Virus record (IMG/VR): IMGVR_UViG_3300025314_000088
Span: 1-26,649 of that record
Reading direction: 5' to 3' (one strand)
Source: a virus
Lineage: Duplodnaviria; Caudoviricetes
Length of the DNA: 26,649 nucleotides
In this document: piece by piece, positions 1 to 8,240 of the stretch
How the letters are laid out: the number at the start of each line of letters is the position of its first letter
Numbering within the stretch: the first letter of the stretch is position 1
Translations under genes and position numbers: made by a program
Notes under the pieces: model-generated
Told to the model about the DNA's origin: nothing
Seen by the model: only the letters and a program-made list of their open reading frames with translations
Databases searched by the model: none

Positions 1-53
1 AACAAGTATCTCGTGCGAATCATGGGGTTTTGCGCCGGGTCGAGATACTTGTT
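1..53. repeat. 13-bp perfect inverted repeat at the window edge
   Basis: AACAAGTATCTCG (1-13) is the reverse complement of CGAGATACTTGTT (41-53). Confidence 0.9.
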
Positions 54-608
54 GATCGTAGTATCCTTGGTCTTTGGGTCCGGCCCCGTCCCGCCGTTCC
101 GCGCCTTGTCATCAGCCGGGTTCTCCTCAACCCCGAACACGTCCTTGGCGATCCGCTTAAAATCCTCGACCTCGCCATCAAGGTAGGTATTGAATTCCTT
201 CTCTACCTCCTCCGGCTTTTGGGGCATGAATCGAGTGAGCCGTCCAGCGATAAACTTAGATTGCTTTTCCTCAAGCTTTCGCTCGGTCTTCGCTTTCTCG
301 AAAAGCGACGGGATTCTTGTCTTGGCCGCCTCGATCGTTGAGGTCTTGATGGCTTCATCCTTAGCCTTGAGCTGGACCTCCAGGGCGGACTTTTCCTTGC
401 CGGTATCGGCCAATCGCTTCTCGGTCTCTGCGAGCCGCCGTTTCGTCTCCCGCATCTCGTAGTAGACTTCGGGGCTCACGTTTTTCTCCCGCATTTGCTC
501 CTTGATGGCAGGGTCAGCCGCAATCTCTCCGATCCCAAAAATCTCGGAAGGTTGGAGCCCGGCCTCGCGGATCAACTGCTTGATCTCCTCCGCGGTGGGT
601 TTATCCAA
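1..608 (-). CDS. Probable internally initiated scaffolding protein (in-frame TTG at 608)
   Basis: AAGGAG at 620-615, 6-nt spacer, TTG at 608-606 in frame with ATG 1178 (codon 191), at the protease/coiled-coil boundary. Confidence 0.55.
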   Translation of the reverse strand, partial: MDKPTAEEIKQLIREAGLQPSEIFGIGEIAADPAIKEQMREKNVSPEVYYEMRETKRRLAETEKRLADTGKEKSALEVQLKAKDEAIKTSTIEAAKTRIPSLFEKAKTERKLEEKQSKFIAGRLTRFMPQKPEEVEKEFNTYLDGEVEDFKRIAKDVFGVEENPADDKARNGGTGPDPKTKDTTINKYLDPAQNPMIRTRYL

Positions 609-1178
609 TCGATTCTCCTTTATATGGTATTTTGCGAACGCCTGGAGCTGACCGAGCAGCGTCGCGCCGGGAAAGCCCGGCGTTTCTATGCCCGAATTCC
701 CCAGGGCAATTCCCGTCACGCCATGTACGTCCGTCACCAGAAGATTGGCGCCCGGCTCATACTTCATGTCGACGTCCGCCTCGATCGAAGCAACGTCGAG
801 TGGGGCGCTTCTAAACCTCGGCCTGATATAGCACACGGCAACGGCCTCCAGACCCCGCCACCCTTCCTGGAGCTTCTTGGCCACGACATAACCGATCGAC
901 TCCCGGCCCTCATGGTCATTGGTCTCGGCGTGTCCTTGAAACAGCTGAAGGCCAATCCCGATTTTGTTGAAGAGCTTTTCAATCGTCCCCCGGAACCAGC
1001 GCTTGACCCCATTGCCGATGCCGATGAGATTGCCCTTCGCCTCGCCTTCATGGCCGACGATAAAGGCCTTGAACATGGGGGTCGAATCTTCCCTTTTGAT
1101 CTCGGCGAGCTTATCGGCGGGGATCATCCGCAGGATTTCGGAGGAAGCCATTGCGCGAAGTTGAGCCCTGATTCTCAT
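1..1178 (-). CDS. Prohead protease-scaffold fusion protein (3' end runs off the window; absent from the ORF track)
   Basis: Manual translation from ATG 1178 (overlaps the upstream stop) is open to the window edge: MRIRAQLRAMASSEIL...LFQGHAETNDH...LDVASIEADV...GIALGNSGIETPGFPGATLLGQLQAFAK, then a charged coiled-coil region ending ...NKYLDPAQNPMIRT. His/Ser spacing, the PGFPGA motif and the position after portal fit a maturation protease plus scaffold. Confidence 0.75.
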   Translation of the reverse strand, partial: MRIRAQLRAMASSEILRMIPADKLAEIKREDSTPMFKAFIVGHEGEAKGNLIGIGNGVKRWFRGTIEKLFNKIGIGLQLFQGHAETNDHEGRESIGYVVAKKLQEGWRGLEAVAVCYIRPRFRSAPLDVASIEADVDMKYEPGANLLVTDVHGVTGIALGNSGIETPGFPGATLLGQLQAFAKYHIKENRLDKPTAEEIKQLIREAGLQPSEIFGIGEIAADPAIKEQMREKNVSPEVYYEMRETKRRLAETEKRLADTGKEKSALEVQLKAKDEAIKTSTIEAAKTRIPSLFEKAKTERKLEEKQSKFIAGRLTRFMPQKPEEVEKEFNTYLDGEVEDFKRIAKDVFGVEENPADDKARNGGTGPDPKTKDTTINKYLDPAQNPMIRTRYL

Positions 1179-1579
1179 TTCTTCTTCGGCCTCCCGCGTT
1201 TCGCCGGTTTCTTGGTCTCCTCAAAAGGGGCGCTTGAAAACGCCGGAACCTCCGCCCGTGGTTTGGACGCGGCCTTCTTCGCCATGAGCGCCTTCCGCTT
1301 TTCGTTCTCGGCCTTCCGTCGCATGTCCTCCAAGTCGGAAGACTTCATGAAAACGAGGCCAGGGCGTTTTTGCTGGACGATGTGCACGCCGGGGAAGTTG
1401 TGGGGTAGGGTCCGGGTCGGCCTGTTCTTGACTCTTTCCTGGGAAGTCGTGAAGACGTCTTTCGGGATCGACGAGATTATGTTGCCCGTCGGTTCGCCTT
1501 TCTCGTCTTTCTCTTCCTCAAGGTGTTTGTCAAACCGGTGATTTACCTTCGGTTGAACCTTGTTCGTCGATATAAGCAT
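1175..1579 (-). CDS. Basic hypothetical protein with C-terminal AT-hook-like KRGRPKK
   Basis: 134 aa, K/R-rich, coupled to its neighbours; ends PAKRGRPKKK. Confidence 0.7.
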   Translation of the reverse strand: MLISTNKVQPKVNHRFDKHLEEEKDEKGEPTGNIISSIPKDVFTTSQERVKNRPTRTLPHNFPGVHIVQQKRPGLVFMKSSDLEDMRRKAENEKRKALMAKKAASKPRAEVPAFSSAPFEETKKPAKRGRPKKK

Positions 1580-1782
1580 CAGTCCTCCTTGTCGATTTTG
1601 ATCATGGGATTAAAAAATGGGTCCAAATATTTCATCTCCTGGGCATGGGCGTACCTGGCCCGCATTGCCGCAATAGCCTTCTCCCGCGTGTCGGCGCATA
1701 TTCTCTGTTTGGTTTCCTTATTACGGAAGCACCACTTTTTCTTGCCGTCCACCATTTCCTCTTTGATTTCGGTATAAGGCAT
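1579..1782 (-). CDS. Small head-region protein with a scaffold-like C-terminal motif
   Basis: 67 aa, GAGGGG SD; ends KYLDPFFNPMIKIDKED. Confidence 0.75.
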   Translation of the reverse strand: MPYTEIKEEMVDGKKKWCFRNKETKQRICADTREKAIAAMRARYAHAQEMKYLDPFFNPMIKIDKED

Positions 1783-1784
1783 TT

Positions 1785-2027
1785 TTAGCCCCTCAATCTT
1801 CCGTACATTTCATGAAAGACAGTGCTCATCCTGGCGATGGCAAGCGGAACCATCATCCACCAAAGGCCCAGGATCATCAGCCCGAAAGCCGCGGCAGCGA
1901 CCCAAACGCTCAGGCACCAGCCACAATCGAACGGCCCGCCGAGCCGGCGCAACCGGGCAAAAAGGGGCGAATGAACCAGGATCTCCACCGCGGCCTCGAC
2001 GGCAACAATCGCCACAACCCATTTCAT
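1785..2027 (-). CDS. Small membrane protein, DUF1360-like
   Basis: Hydrophobic segments and a FDCGWCLSVW (CxWCxSVW) motif. Confidence 0.65.
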   Translation of the reverse strand: MKWVVAIVAVEAAVEILVHSPLFARLRRLGGPFDCGWCLSVWVAAAAFGLMILGLWWMMVPLAIARMSTVFHEMYGRLRG

Positions 2028-2182
2028 GTCGTTTCCCTATGCCCGCATCTTAAACATTTCAGATATGCCTTGATGCCCCGCCGCCGCTCCGCACAACAGG
2101 CCCGCCTGACCCGCATCACCCCGCGCCCGCATTTGGGGCAGGTCTTTCGCGTCAAGCTGAGCGGGGCCGCCGTGCTGATCAT
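2024..2182 (-). CDS. 52-aa zinc-ribbon protein (not in the ORF track)
   Basis: MISTAAPLSLTRKTCPKCGRGVMRVRRACCAERRRGIKAYLKCLRCGHRETT; two CxxC pairs; ATGA overlaps with both portal and the next gene. Confidence 0.65.
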   Translation of the reverse strand: MISTAAPLSLTRKTCPKCGRGVMRVRRACCAERRRGIKAYLKCLRCGHRETT

Positions 2183-3597
2183 TCCTCATCTTCCTCCGCC
2201 TCAGTCGCCTGCGCCTTGAGTATGGCCATTTCTTCCTTCGCCCTGGCGGCCTCCTCGACATCACGCTGCTTTTTCCTCTCGGCTTCCGCCTCCATGTCAA
2301 CGCCCGGAATCTGGGAGGCAACGAATTCCTTCGATACAATCCCGCCAAGCGCCGCCGGGATGTAGACTTTCTCCAGGCGGTCGAAATGCTCCTGGGTAAT
2401 GAGCGGGATATTGGCCCTAACCCTCGTTGGATCGAGTTGTTTCTCCTTGGACATCTGGGCGTTTACCTTCGCATTGAAAAGCGCCATTGCCTTGTTGATC
2501 ATCTCGTTGAACACGCCGAGCCAGGTGTGCCGCTCCCGGGTCGTGGCGGCCATTACAAGCTCCCGTGTATTGTCGCCGGTTGCCCGGTTCTTGAGCAGGT
2601 CCAGGAGGCCCAGGAAATGAATCGGAATCCCGGTCGTTCCCGAGATCATCTTGACGCAGAGCTCGATCTCGCGGATGAGGTTCTCGACGCCGGTTCCCTC
2701 CGGTCCCTTAAGGCTGAACCGGCCAGTATGAACAATTGCTTTGCCGATCTTCCAGTTCGTATCTTCTATGTATTTCAGGATTTGGTCTACCTGGTTTTTT
2801 TCGTCACATTCAAAGTCCGGCGTCGGCGATGCGAATAGGTGATCAATTTCCCGTAGATCGCGCAGCGCCTTGTCGAGACGATCCACGATAGTCAGACACT
2901 TCATGACCTTGGGCTGTGCCTCGTTCGGCTCGCTTATCCGGCCCCCGAATTTCTTGTAGACGAATTCAGCCTCATCGACCGAGCCGGCCTGAACGGTGGC
3001 CGTGGCATCCCAGTGGAGTTTCTTGTACCAAAAGTAGTCATTGGAATCGGCATCGACCGTATACTTTTTCGACAGCCAGGACAGGAACCGTGCCGAGACC
3101 ATGCCCGGCCAGGTCTCCCCTCGTACTGTTACGAAAGGCTCCTCGTCATAGAAAAGCCGGATCGCGCATTTACCTTCGATCTCTGCTTCCTTGGCTATCT
3201 CCTGGGCCATCGCGCCATCGAGGTCGTTGTATTCGAGGAAGTCAGCGGCCCATTGAAGCTCCCGCTCGGCCTCGGCCCGGGTCTTCGTCGTATGGACGAT
3301 CTGGATGCCCTCGCCCAGGATGAAGGCTGCGCGCAGGTCAATGATCGTCCCTGTCTGCGTACAGCCCCAGTCCGCCTTGTTGTTGTACTTGTCGGCAATG
3401 GCCTGGACCGCTGTCTGATATTCGGGATAATCATTCCCCTTGTACGCCGTCGTCACTTCTTGGAGCGTGAGAATGTCCTTGACGAGAAGTTCCTGGACTT
3501 CTTTATAGTTCTTGACCTGCTCAGTGAGGAGCCCAGTCTGCTTTCTCAGTTCCTGAATCTCGGCTCGTTTGCTGAATATACTCATCTCATATCTCAA
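2179..3597 (-). CDS. Portal protein
   Basis: 472 aa directly after TerL; ISGTTGIPIHFLG motif typical of portals; start may be ATG 3585. Confidence 0.85.
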   Translation of the reverse strand: MRYEMSIFSKRAEIQELRKQTGLLTEQVKNYKEVQELLVKDILTLQEVTTAYKGNDYPEYQTAVQAIADKYNNKADWGCTQTGTIIDLRAAFILGEGIQIVHTTKTRAEAERELQWAADFLEYNDLDGAMAQEIAKEAEIEGKCAIRLFYDEEPFVTVRGETWPGMVSARFLSWLSKKYTVDADSNDYFWYKKLHWDATATVQAGSVDEAEFVYKKFGGRISEPNEAQPKVMKCLTIVDRLDKALRDLREIDHLFASPTPDFECDEKNQVDQILKYIEDTNWKIGKAIVHTGRFSLKGPEGTGVENLIREIELCVKMISGTTGIPIHFLGLLDLLKNRATGDNTRELVMAATTRERHTWLGVFNEMINKAMALFNAKVNAQMSKEKQLDPTRVRANIPLITQEHFDRLEKVYIPAALGGIVSKEFVASQIPGVDMEAEAERKKQRDVEEAARAKEEMAILKAQATEAEEDEE

Positions 3598-4805
3598 TCC
3601 GGCGAGACATTGTGGGAGATGACGCGGAAGGCGGCGCCGGCCTGTTTACAATGTGTATAAATTCCATACCGAACCGCATCCATCGCGTGATTCTTAAAAG
3701 CTACCGGCTCAGGCAGATCATTGTCCAGCTTGTCTTTCTTCCAACGATATGATCCCTGCTCAGAGATGATATTGAGCGATCCCTGGACAACGTGAACCTT
3801 GACCGCTTTGAGATAATCTATGCCCGTGCGCACTGAGTCCGGCCCTTTGAGCGCAGCCTGGGCATTGATCCCGGCCTCATAGAGCTCTTGGATGGACTTG
3901 GGCTCGGCAGAATCCCAATAGGAAACATCGCCGGTAAATCCCAAACCAGCTTTTATCTTGGCCGCAAGCGCCTGATTGGTTAGGCCCTTCTCATAGATTA
4001 TTTCCTCAATCCAGAACTCGTTGGCTTTGCGATAGATTTTGATGAAGGCTGCTGGGTCAACCGAGTATCCAAAGTCACCGCCGTAGATAATTTCATCGAA
4101 ACGGATATCGGGCAGCGGCTGCACGTCCCAGTTGAAGATGCGCCCAGTCGGGAGCGCCCAGAGGCCAAGGCGGTAGATTTTACGGGCAGTAGCATCATTT
4201 AGGCGGTCCAGAATCTGAACGTATTTATCTCTCATCTCCTTGATGGGGTTATGCTCAACCGTCGAAACATGGACGAAGCTATCGGCGTGCTGCTGGTCAA
4301 AAAAGTCGGCCTTGATCCACGGCCCGAGCGCCTCATCGGGATTAAACGACGCCATGATCTGCTGATAAAGCCCCGTCTCCTCGCGTAGCCTCAGGTCAAC
4401 TTGTATAAAGTCTTGGCGGGTGAACTCCGTCAGCTCCTCCATCCAGATGGAGGTGATGCCTTTGATGGACTTGATCTTCTCGGGATCATCCAGGCCGTCA
4501 AAAAGAATCTCGTTTGTTTTCCCGGCGGGGTTAATAAAAGTGATGACGCGCTCGGATTTGTTGTAGTTGTGGACGACATTGTTATTGGCCAAGATGCAAC
4601 GGATGAGTTCAACGCAGGACTCCTCTACCGTCTTGCGTATTTTGCGAAGCACCAGGAACCGATGGCCGCCCTCGGTCATGCACCTGTAGAATATTTTACG
4701 TCCGGCAAATTCAGACTTCCCCGATCCCGCCCCGCCACACAGAATGAGATACCGTTCCTTGCGGTCAAGGAGGGGAAAGAAGTGGTTACTTACCAGTATT
4801 TCCAT
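3594..4805 (-). CDS. terL: Terminase large subunit, PBSX family
   Basis: Walker A GGAGSGKS, GLDDPEKIKS, Walker B IWMEE, FNP, and nuclease motifs GGDFGY..DP, DSAEP, NHAMDAVRY. Confidence 0.95.
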   Translation of the reverse strand: MEILVSNHFFPLLDRKERYLILCGGAGSGKSEFAGRKIFYRCMTEGGHRFLVLRKIRKTVEESCVELIRCILANNNVVHNYNKSERVITFINPAGKTNEILFDGLDDPEKIKSIKGITSIWMEELTEFTRQDFIQVDLRLREETGLYQQIMASFNPDEALGPWIKADFFDQQHADSFVHVSTVEHNPIKEMRDKYVQILDRLNDATARKIYRLGLWALPTGRIFNWDVQPLPDIRFDEIIYGGDFGYSVDPAAFIKIYRKANEFWIEEIIYEKGLTNQALAAKIKAGLGFTGDVSYWDSAEPKSIQELYEAGINAQAALKGPDSVRTGIDYLKAVKVHVVQGSLNIISEQGSYRWKKDKLDNDLPEPVAFKNHAMDAVRYGIYTHCKQAGAAFRVISHNVSPD

Positions 4806-5127
4806 TCCCGTTTTCGTCCTTCACTTGAACCACTCTGATGGTCAGCGATTGCTTGCCGTTGACCTGGCCAGAGATGGGCTGATTCGGTTTGCCCATAAGC
4901 CGGTCGAGGACAATCTCGATTGCCCACGGACGTTTTGACATGGCTGCATCAACGAGCACTTGAGCCAATTTATCAGGATCTGCCTTCTTTGCCAGAGCAT
5001 TGCGGAATACCTGTTCCCAGGCGGCCCGTTCCTTGCAGACTCCTCCAGTGGGGTTCCGGCGCGGATCAGGCCCCTTCTGAAATGGCCGTAAGCCCGCAGT
5101 ATTCACACGCCGATTGTGTTTTTTCAT
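4786..5127 (-). CDS. terS: Terminase small subunit (DUF5681-like N-terminus)
   Basis: GLRPFQKGPDPRRNPTGG and LDRLMGKP motifs; overlaps the TerL start. Confidence 0.75.
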   Translation of the reverse strand: MKKHNRRVNTAGLRPFQKGPDPRRNPTGGVCKERAAWEQVFRNALAKKADPDKLAQVLVDAAMSKRPWAIEIVLDRLMGKPNQPISGQVNGKQSLTIRVVQVKDENGNGNTGK

Positions 5128-5288
5128 CCTTCCACCGTCACCGTGATCTCTTCATCAGCCTTAACCAACTTTGCCAAATCGCCGATGAGCTTATCGTTGG
5201 GCAGATTAAACTCGATGACCAGCTTCCCGCCCTTGTCTCCAGTCGCCAGGATTCGGGAGGTAAGCTGTTTTATCTGCGCCTTGAACAT
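5124..5288 (-). CDS. Hypothetical protein (~54 aa)
   Basis: MFKAQIKQL... follows the upstream stop closely and overlaps the TerS start (ATGA). Confidence 0.6.
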   Translation of the reverse strand: MFKAQIKQLTSRILATGDKGGKLVIEFNLPNDKLIGDLAKLVKADEEITVTVEG

Positions 5289-5293
5289 GACCT

Positions 5294-5506
5294 TCACTTC
5301 TTCCCCCCGACCCACTTCTTGAACCTCTTCCACATCCCCTCCGGCGTCTGCCCATAGATAACCTCAAGCGCCTCGTTCGCTTCGGTGATCTCCTTCCCGA
5401 GCCGAATGATGTTGTCATTGACCGCCTTGCCGATTCTGAGCGACAATTCCTCAACCCGCTCCACACGGTCGTTCTTGAGGGCGATTCGCAGGCTCTTGTT
5501 TCCCAT
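5294..5506 (-). CDS. Hypothetical protein
   Basis: 70 aa, GGAG SD, amphipathic C-terminus MWKRFKKWVGG. Confidence 0.6.
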   Translation of the reverse strand: MGNKSLRIALKNDRVERVEELSLRIGKAVNDNIIRLGKEITEANEALEVIYGQTPEGMWKRFKKWVGGKK

Positions 5507-5824
5507 CTATTCTCCCGGAGGTAACAGTCTCAATAGCTTTTTCACGTCCCCCCTGACTTCCGTTAGAAGTTCCTTCGTCCCTTCCTGTTTTGTGTCCAAC
5601 TCGATCAGCTTATCTCGATGGGCCTGACATTCCGGCGCCGTCCCCGGTTTCGGCCCCTTACCGTTGCTGTTCCCGTTCGCCCGTCCCCGGCCCCGATGAG
5701 ACTTGAAATATTCCCTGGCCGCCAACGTCCCCGCTGTGATCAAGGCCATGATCGCAACGCCGTCTAACGCGAGATTCGATGTGCTCTTTACCGCTTCTGT
5801 CGCCGCCTGGATAAGCATTGTCAT
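5507..5824 (-). CDS. Membrane-anchored coiled-coil protein (possible lysis accessory)
   Basis: One hydrophobic segment (LALDGVAIMALITAGTLAA) then coiled coil; AGGAG SD. Confidence 0.6.
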   Translation of the reverse strand: MTMLIQAATEAVKSTSNLALDGVAIMALITAGTLAAREYFKSHRGRGRANGNSNGKGPKPGTAPECQAHRDKLIELDTKQEGTKELLTEVRGDVKKLLRLLPPGE

Positions 5825-5838
5825 TGTCCCCGCTCCTA

Positions 5839-6900
5839 TTATTTATCCCACTTCGTAAGTTGCCATTCCGTCCGATCAAACTCACCGTGTTGGGGATGAA
5901 CCATCCAGCTTACCTGCTGAGGCGTGGCTTGGCGTCCCTCTTGGTGGTCATGAGCATCGGTTCCGCTGACGCTTCCTCCGACCCAAAAATATTGCGTCGT
6001 CATGGGCGAATGCCAATGACCGAGAATCACTTTATGGAATTTTGTGAAATCCGGGGCATTCATTCGCTTCATGGCCTCGCGTGCAACCTTTCGCTCAATG
6101 CCATAGAATGGGAAGCCCATCCACCCGGAAACTTCATGGCCATGACAAAGGAGATAATTTCTTCCGTTGACGTTAACGACCTTCTGGGGCTGCGCCCAAA
6201 TATTGACAGCCACGTTTTTGTGCGCCGACAAAAGCATCCTGGAAATATTCGCCACTACATACATCCAGTTATTGATCCCCCCCTCTTTCGATTGGGGTTT
6301 CTTCGTCATTCGCCCATGGTTATCAAGCGTGACGATATCGACAATGACGCGCTCAAAATGCGGAGCCATTGTAGACACTTGCTGCGCGAGAATCTCTCCG
6401 GCCTCAACCGCTTGCTGCGGGGCGGGGAAAGCATTTGTCACACGGAAGTCTTGAATATCTCCAGAGATCAAATCTCCCGTGACCAGGAATCGCGCCTCCG
6501 GAATCGAATAGACGGTGCGATGAAGTTCCGTCCAATCCATGATGTCTTGGACAAATCCGAATTGGCGAAGTCGGGATAGCTCGGGAGAGAAAACCCCGAA
6601 ACCTTCGATTTCGTCTCGGGTCTGAATCGCCCCATGATGAGCATCGGTAACATGGAGGACAACGGCAACATCGCGGTCAACGCGCGTTGTCTTGGGCGGT
6701 TTATATACTGGAGCCTGCGGTTTGATTGCGGGAATAGCGGCCAAAACTTCAGCCATGAGTTGATCGAGTTGGCCATGCTCTTTTTTGTATTCCTTGTAGG
6801 CAGAAGCGATTTGATCGCGTTCGGCCTGAAGGGCGAGAAGTCGTTCGGGTGGACGGAGAGCTTCCCTGACTTCGGAAATGCTTATCTCTTTTTTGGGCAT
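5839..6900 (-). CDS. Calcineurin-like metallophosphoesterase
   Basis: Motifs TDAHHG, GDLISGD, DNHGR, HGH and GHWH in canonical order after an N-terminal coiled coil. Confidence 0.85.
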   Translation of the reverse strand: MPKKEISISEVREALRPPERLLALQAERDQIASAYKEYKKEHGQLDQLMAEVLAAIPAIKPQAPVYKPPKTTRVDRDVAVVLHVTDAHHGAIQTRDEIEGFGVFSPELSRLRQFGFVQDIMDWTELHRTVYSIPEARFLVTGDLISGDIQDFRVTNAFPAPQQAVEAGEILAQQVSTMAPHFERVIVDIVTLDNHGRMTKKPQSKEGGINNWMYVVANISRMLLSAHKNVAVNIWAQPQKVVNVNGRNYLLCHGHEVSGWMGFPFYGIERKVAREAMKRMNAPDFTKFHKVILGHWHSPMTTQYFWVGGSVSGTDAHDHQEGRQATPQQVSWMVHPQHGEFDRTEWQLTKWDK

Positions 6901-6901
6901 T

Positions 6902-7351
6902 TCAGGTATCCCTTATTTTGAGAGCCTCGCCAATATCCAGAACACTTCCCCAGTACCACTTCTTCTCGCCTTCATCGAGCTTGAGGAGAATGCGAAAGGC
7001 CCGGAATCCGTCGGCGTTATTATCGAGCGTGCGCCGGAACCGATTGCGGTCCGTACCAGCCGTCTTCTGGCAGAGCTCAGCCTCAAGTATCAACCGGCCT
7101 TTAGGCAGGGCTGCAAGCTCCCGCCGGATGGCGGAGGCGACATCGTATTTCTCGATGACTTGGGAAAGATTGATGAATCCGGCGGTTGAGGTTACCGGTG
7201 TAACTTCCTGGGTCACAGCCCCATTCCCGAGCGTCGAATACTTATGGCAGACCGTGCATTGGATCATCTGCCGGCCCCGCTGCTTTCCTTGGCGGTGAAC
7301 TTTATCCGCCCCGCACTTGGGGCAGACAAGCGGTTTTTTTTCTTCGGTCAT
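6902..7351 (-). CDS. Zinc-ribbon protein, probably DNA-binding
   Basis: CPKCG...CTVC N-terminal ribbon followed by a helical domain. Confidence 0.65.
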   Translation of the reverse strand: MTEEKKPLVCPKCGADKVHRQGKQRGRQMIQCTVCHKYSTLGNGAVTQEVTPVTSTAGFINLSQVIEKYDVASAIRRELAALPKGRLILEAELCQKTAGTDRNRFRRTLDNNADGFRAFRILLKLDEGEKKWYWGSVLDIGEALKIRDT

Positions 7352-7611
7352 TTCTTCTTCAGCTCTTTGCGCAATTTCTTGACCTCCTCCTTGAGTTCAT
7401 ATACCCAGGTGAGAAACGCCTGATTTACGATGGCGTTACCATCGACATCGAAGGCGAGTGGGTTTTTCTTCACTTCCTCGCTCGGATTTAAGATGTCATA
7501 GCCCGTCCATAAATTCGGCGTATAGGACGCGCAGGACGCAAGGCTGAGACTAAATGTCAAAAAGCACGTCAGCAACACCAGCCCGGTCACGACTCTTGAA
7601 AGCTTTCTCAA
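7348..7611 (-). CDS. Lipoprotein, o-spanin-like
   Basis: Basic N-terminus, hydrophobic stretch, lipobox LASC, C-terminal coiled coil; downstream of the NlpC/P60 gene and overlapping the preceding small ORF. Confidence 0.65.
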   Translation of the reverse strand: MRKLSRVVTGLVLLTCFLTFSLSLASCASYTPNLWTGYDILNPSEEVKKNPLAFDVDGNAIVNQAFLTWVYELKEEVKKLRKELKKK

Positions 7612-7720
7612 GTTTCTTCCTCCGTTTTTTGTCGCCTTCGGAAGCGATGAGCGTTTCGACCTTCTTCTCCATCTTGATAATCTCGTCGAGCAGTTTGATG
7701 ATGGCGAGAAGGTCGGTCAT
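7550..7720 (-). CDS. 56-aa protein in the i-spanin position (not in the ORF track)
   Basis: MTDLLAIIKLLDEIIKMEKKVETLIASEGDKKRRKKLEKAFKSRDRAGVADVLFDI; ATGA overlap with the NlpC/P60 stop. Confidence 0.6.
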   Translation of the reverse strand: MTDLLAIIKLLDEIIKMEKKVETLIASEGDKKRRKKLEKAFKSRDRAGVADVLFDI

Positions 7721-8163
7721 ATCTCTTCCGCCTTGAAGGCATCGACAATCAGGTAATTCGGCCCACGATAGGATAGGGGCCTCATCTTTATGAAGGCGTT
7801 GCGGTCAATTGCCGCTGCCAAATCGGTTGTGGTGGACCCGCCTCCGGAGGCCCCGACGGTATTAAAATCATCGACCATCATCTCGACGTGGATGACCTTG
7901 TCTCCGGAGTACCAGAAGACAAGGCAAGCCGCATAGCCGCGGTCAATCGCTTTAGTTTGGAATTTTTCGTAGAGCGCATCAGCGGTGAAATCTGAGCCGT
8001 GGGGCAGAATCCCGACGGCCTGGAGAATCTCGACGATGAGGCCGGAACAGTCAAAGCCACTCATCGGATCATCGCCTCCCCATAGGTATGGCAGGCCGAT
8101 AAATCGCTGGAGGTATTCCACCGCCTTGTTGCGGAGGTAGACAGATTTTAGAACATCGCCCAT
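7717..8163 (-). CDS. NlpC/P60 peptidoglycan peptidase, probable endolysin
   Basis: GLPYLWGG...GFDCSGL (catalytic Cys) and IHVEM (His). Confidence 0.9.
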   Translation of the reverse strand: MGDVLKSVYLRNKAVEYLQRFIGLPYLWGGDDPMSGFDCSGLIVEILQAVGILPHGSDFTADALYEKFQTKAIDRGYAACLVFWYSGDKVIHVEMMVDDFNTVGASGGGSTTTDLAAAIDRNAFIKMRPLSYRGPNYLIVDAFKAEEI

Positions 8164-8240
8164 GCTAAGGCATGAAAAGCAGATTTAAACTGGTAATGTC
8201 AAATTTAGAGAAGGGGAAAAGCATACATTTATGGGGGGAA

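Noticed and set aside
495-1541. 348-aa plus-strand ORF, and other long plus-strand ORFs such as 18244-19503, 5818-6579 and 3013-3660
   Set aside because: Antisense shadows of well-supported minus-strand genes; no motifs or convincing SDs.
2037-2348. 103-aa track ORF overlapping the portal end
   Set aside because: The alternative frame 2024-2182 gives a coupled Zn-ribbon protein and fits better.
6902-7351. IS1 InsA-like transposase fragment
   Set aside because: Only the Zn ribbon is similar; no DDE domain, terminal inverted repeats or target duplication.
8164-8202. TTGACA upstream of the SD-less NlpC/P60 gene
   Set aside because: No acceptable -10 at 16-18 nt spacing (best is TTTCAT at 19); could be an activator-dependent late promoter but is not supportable.
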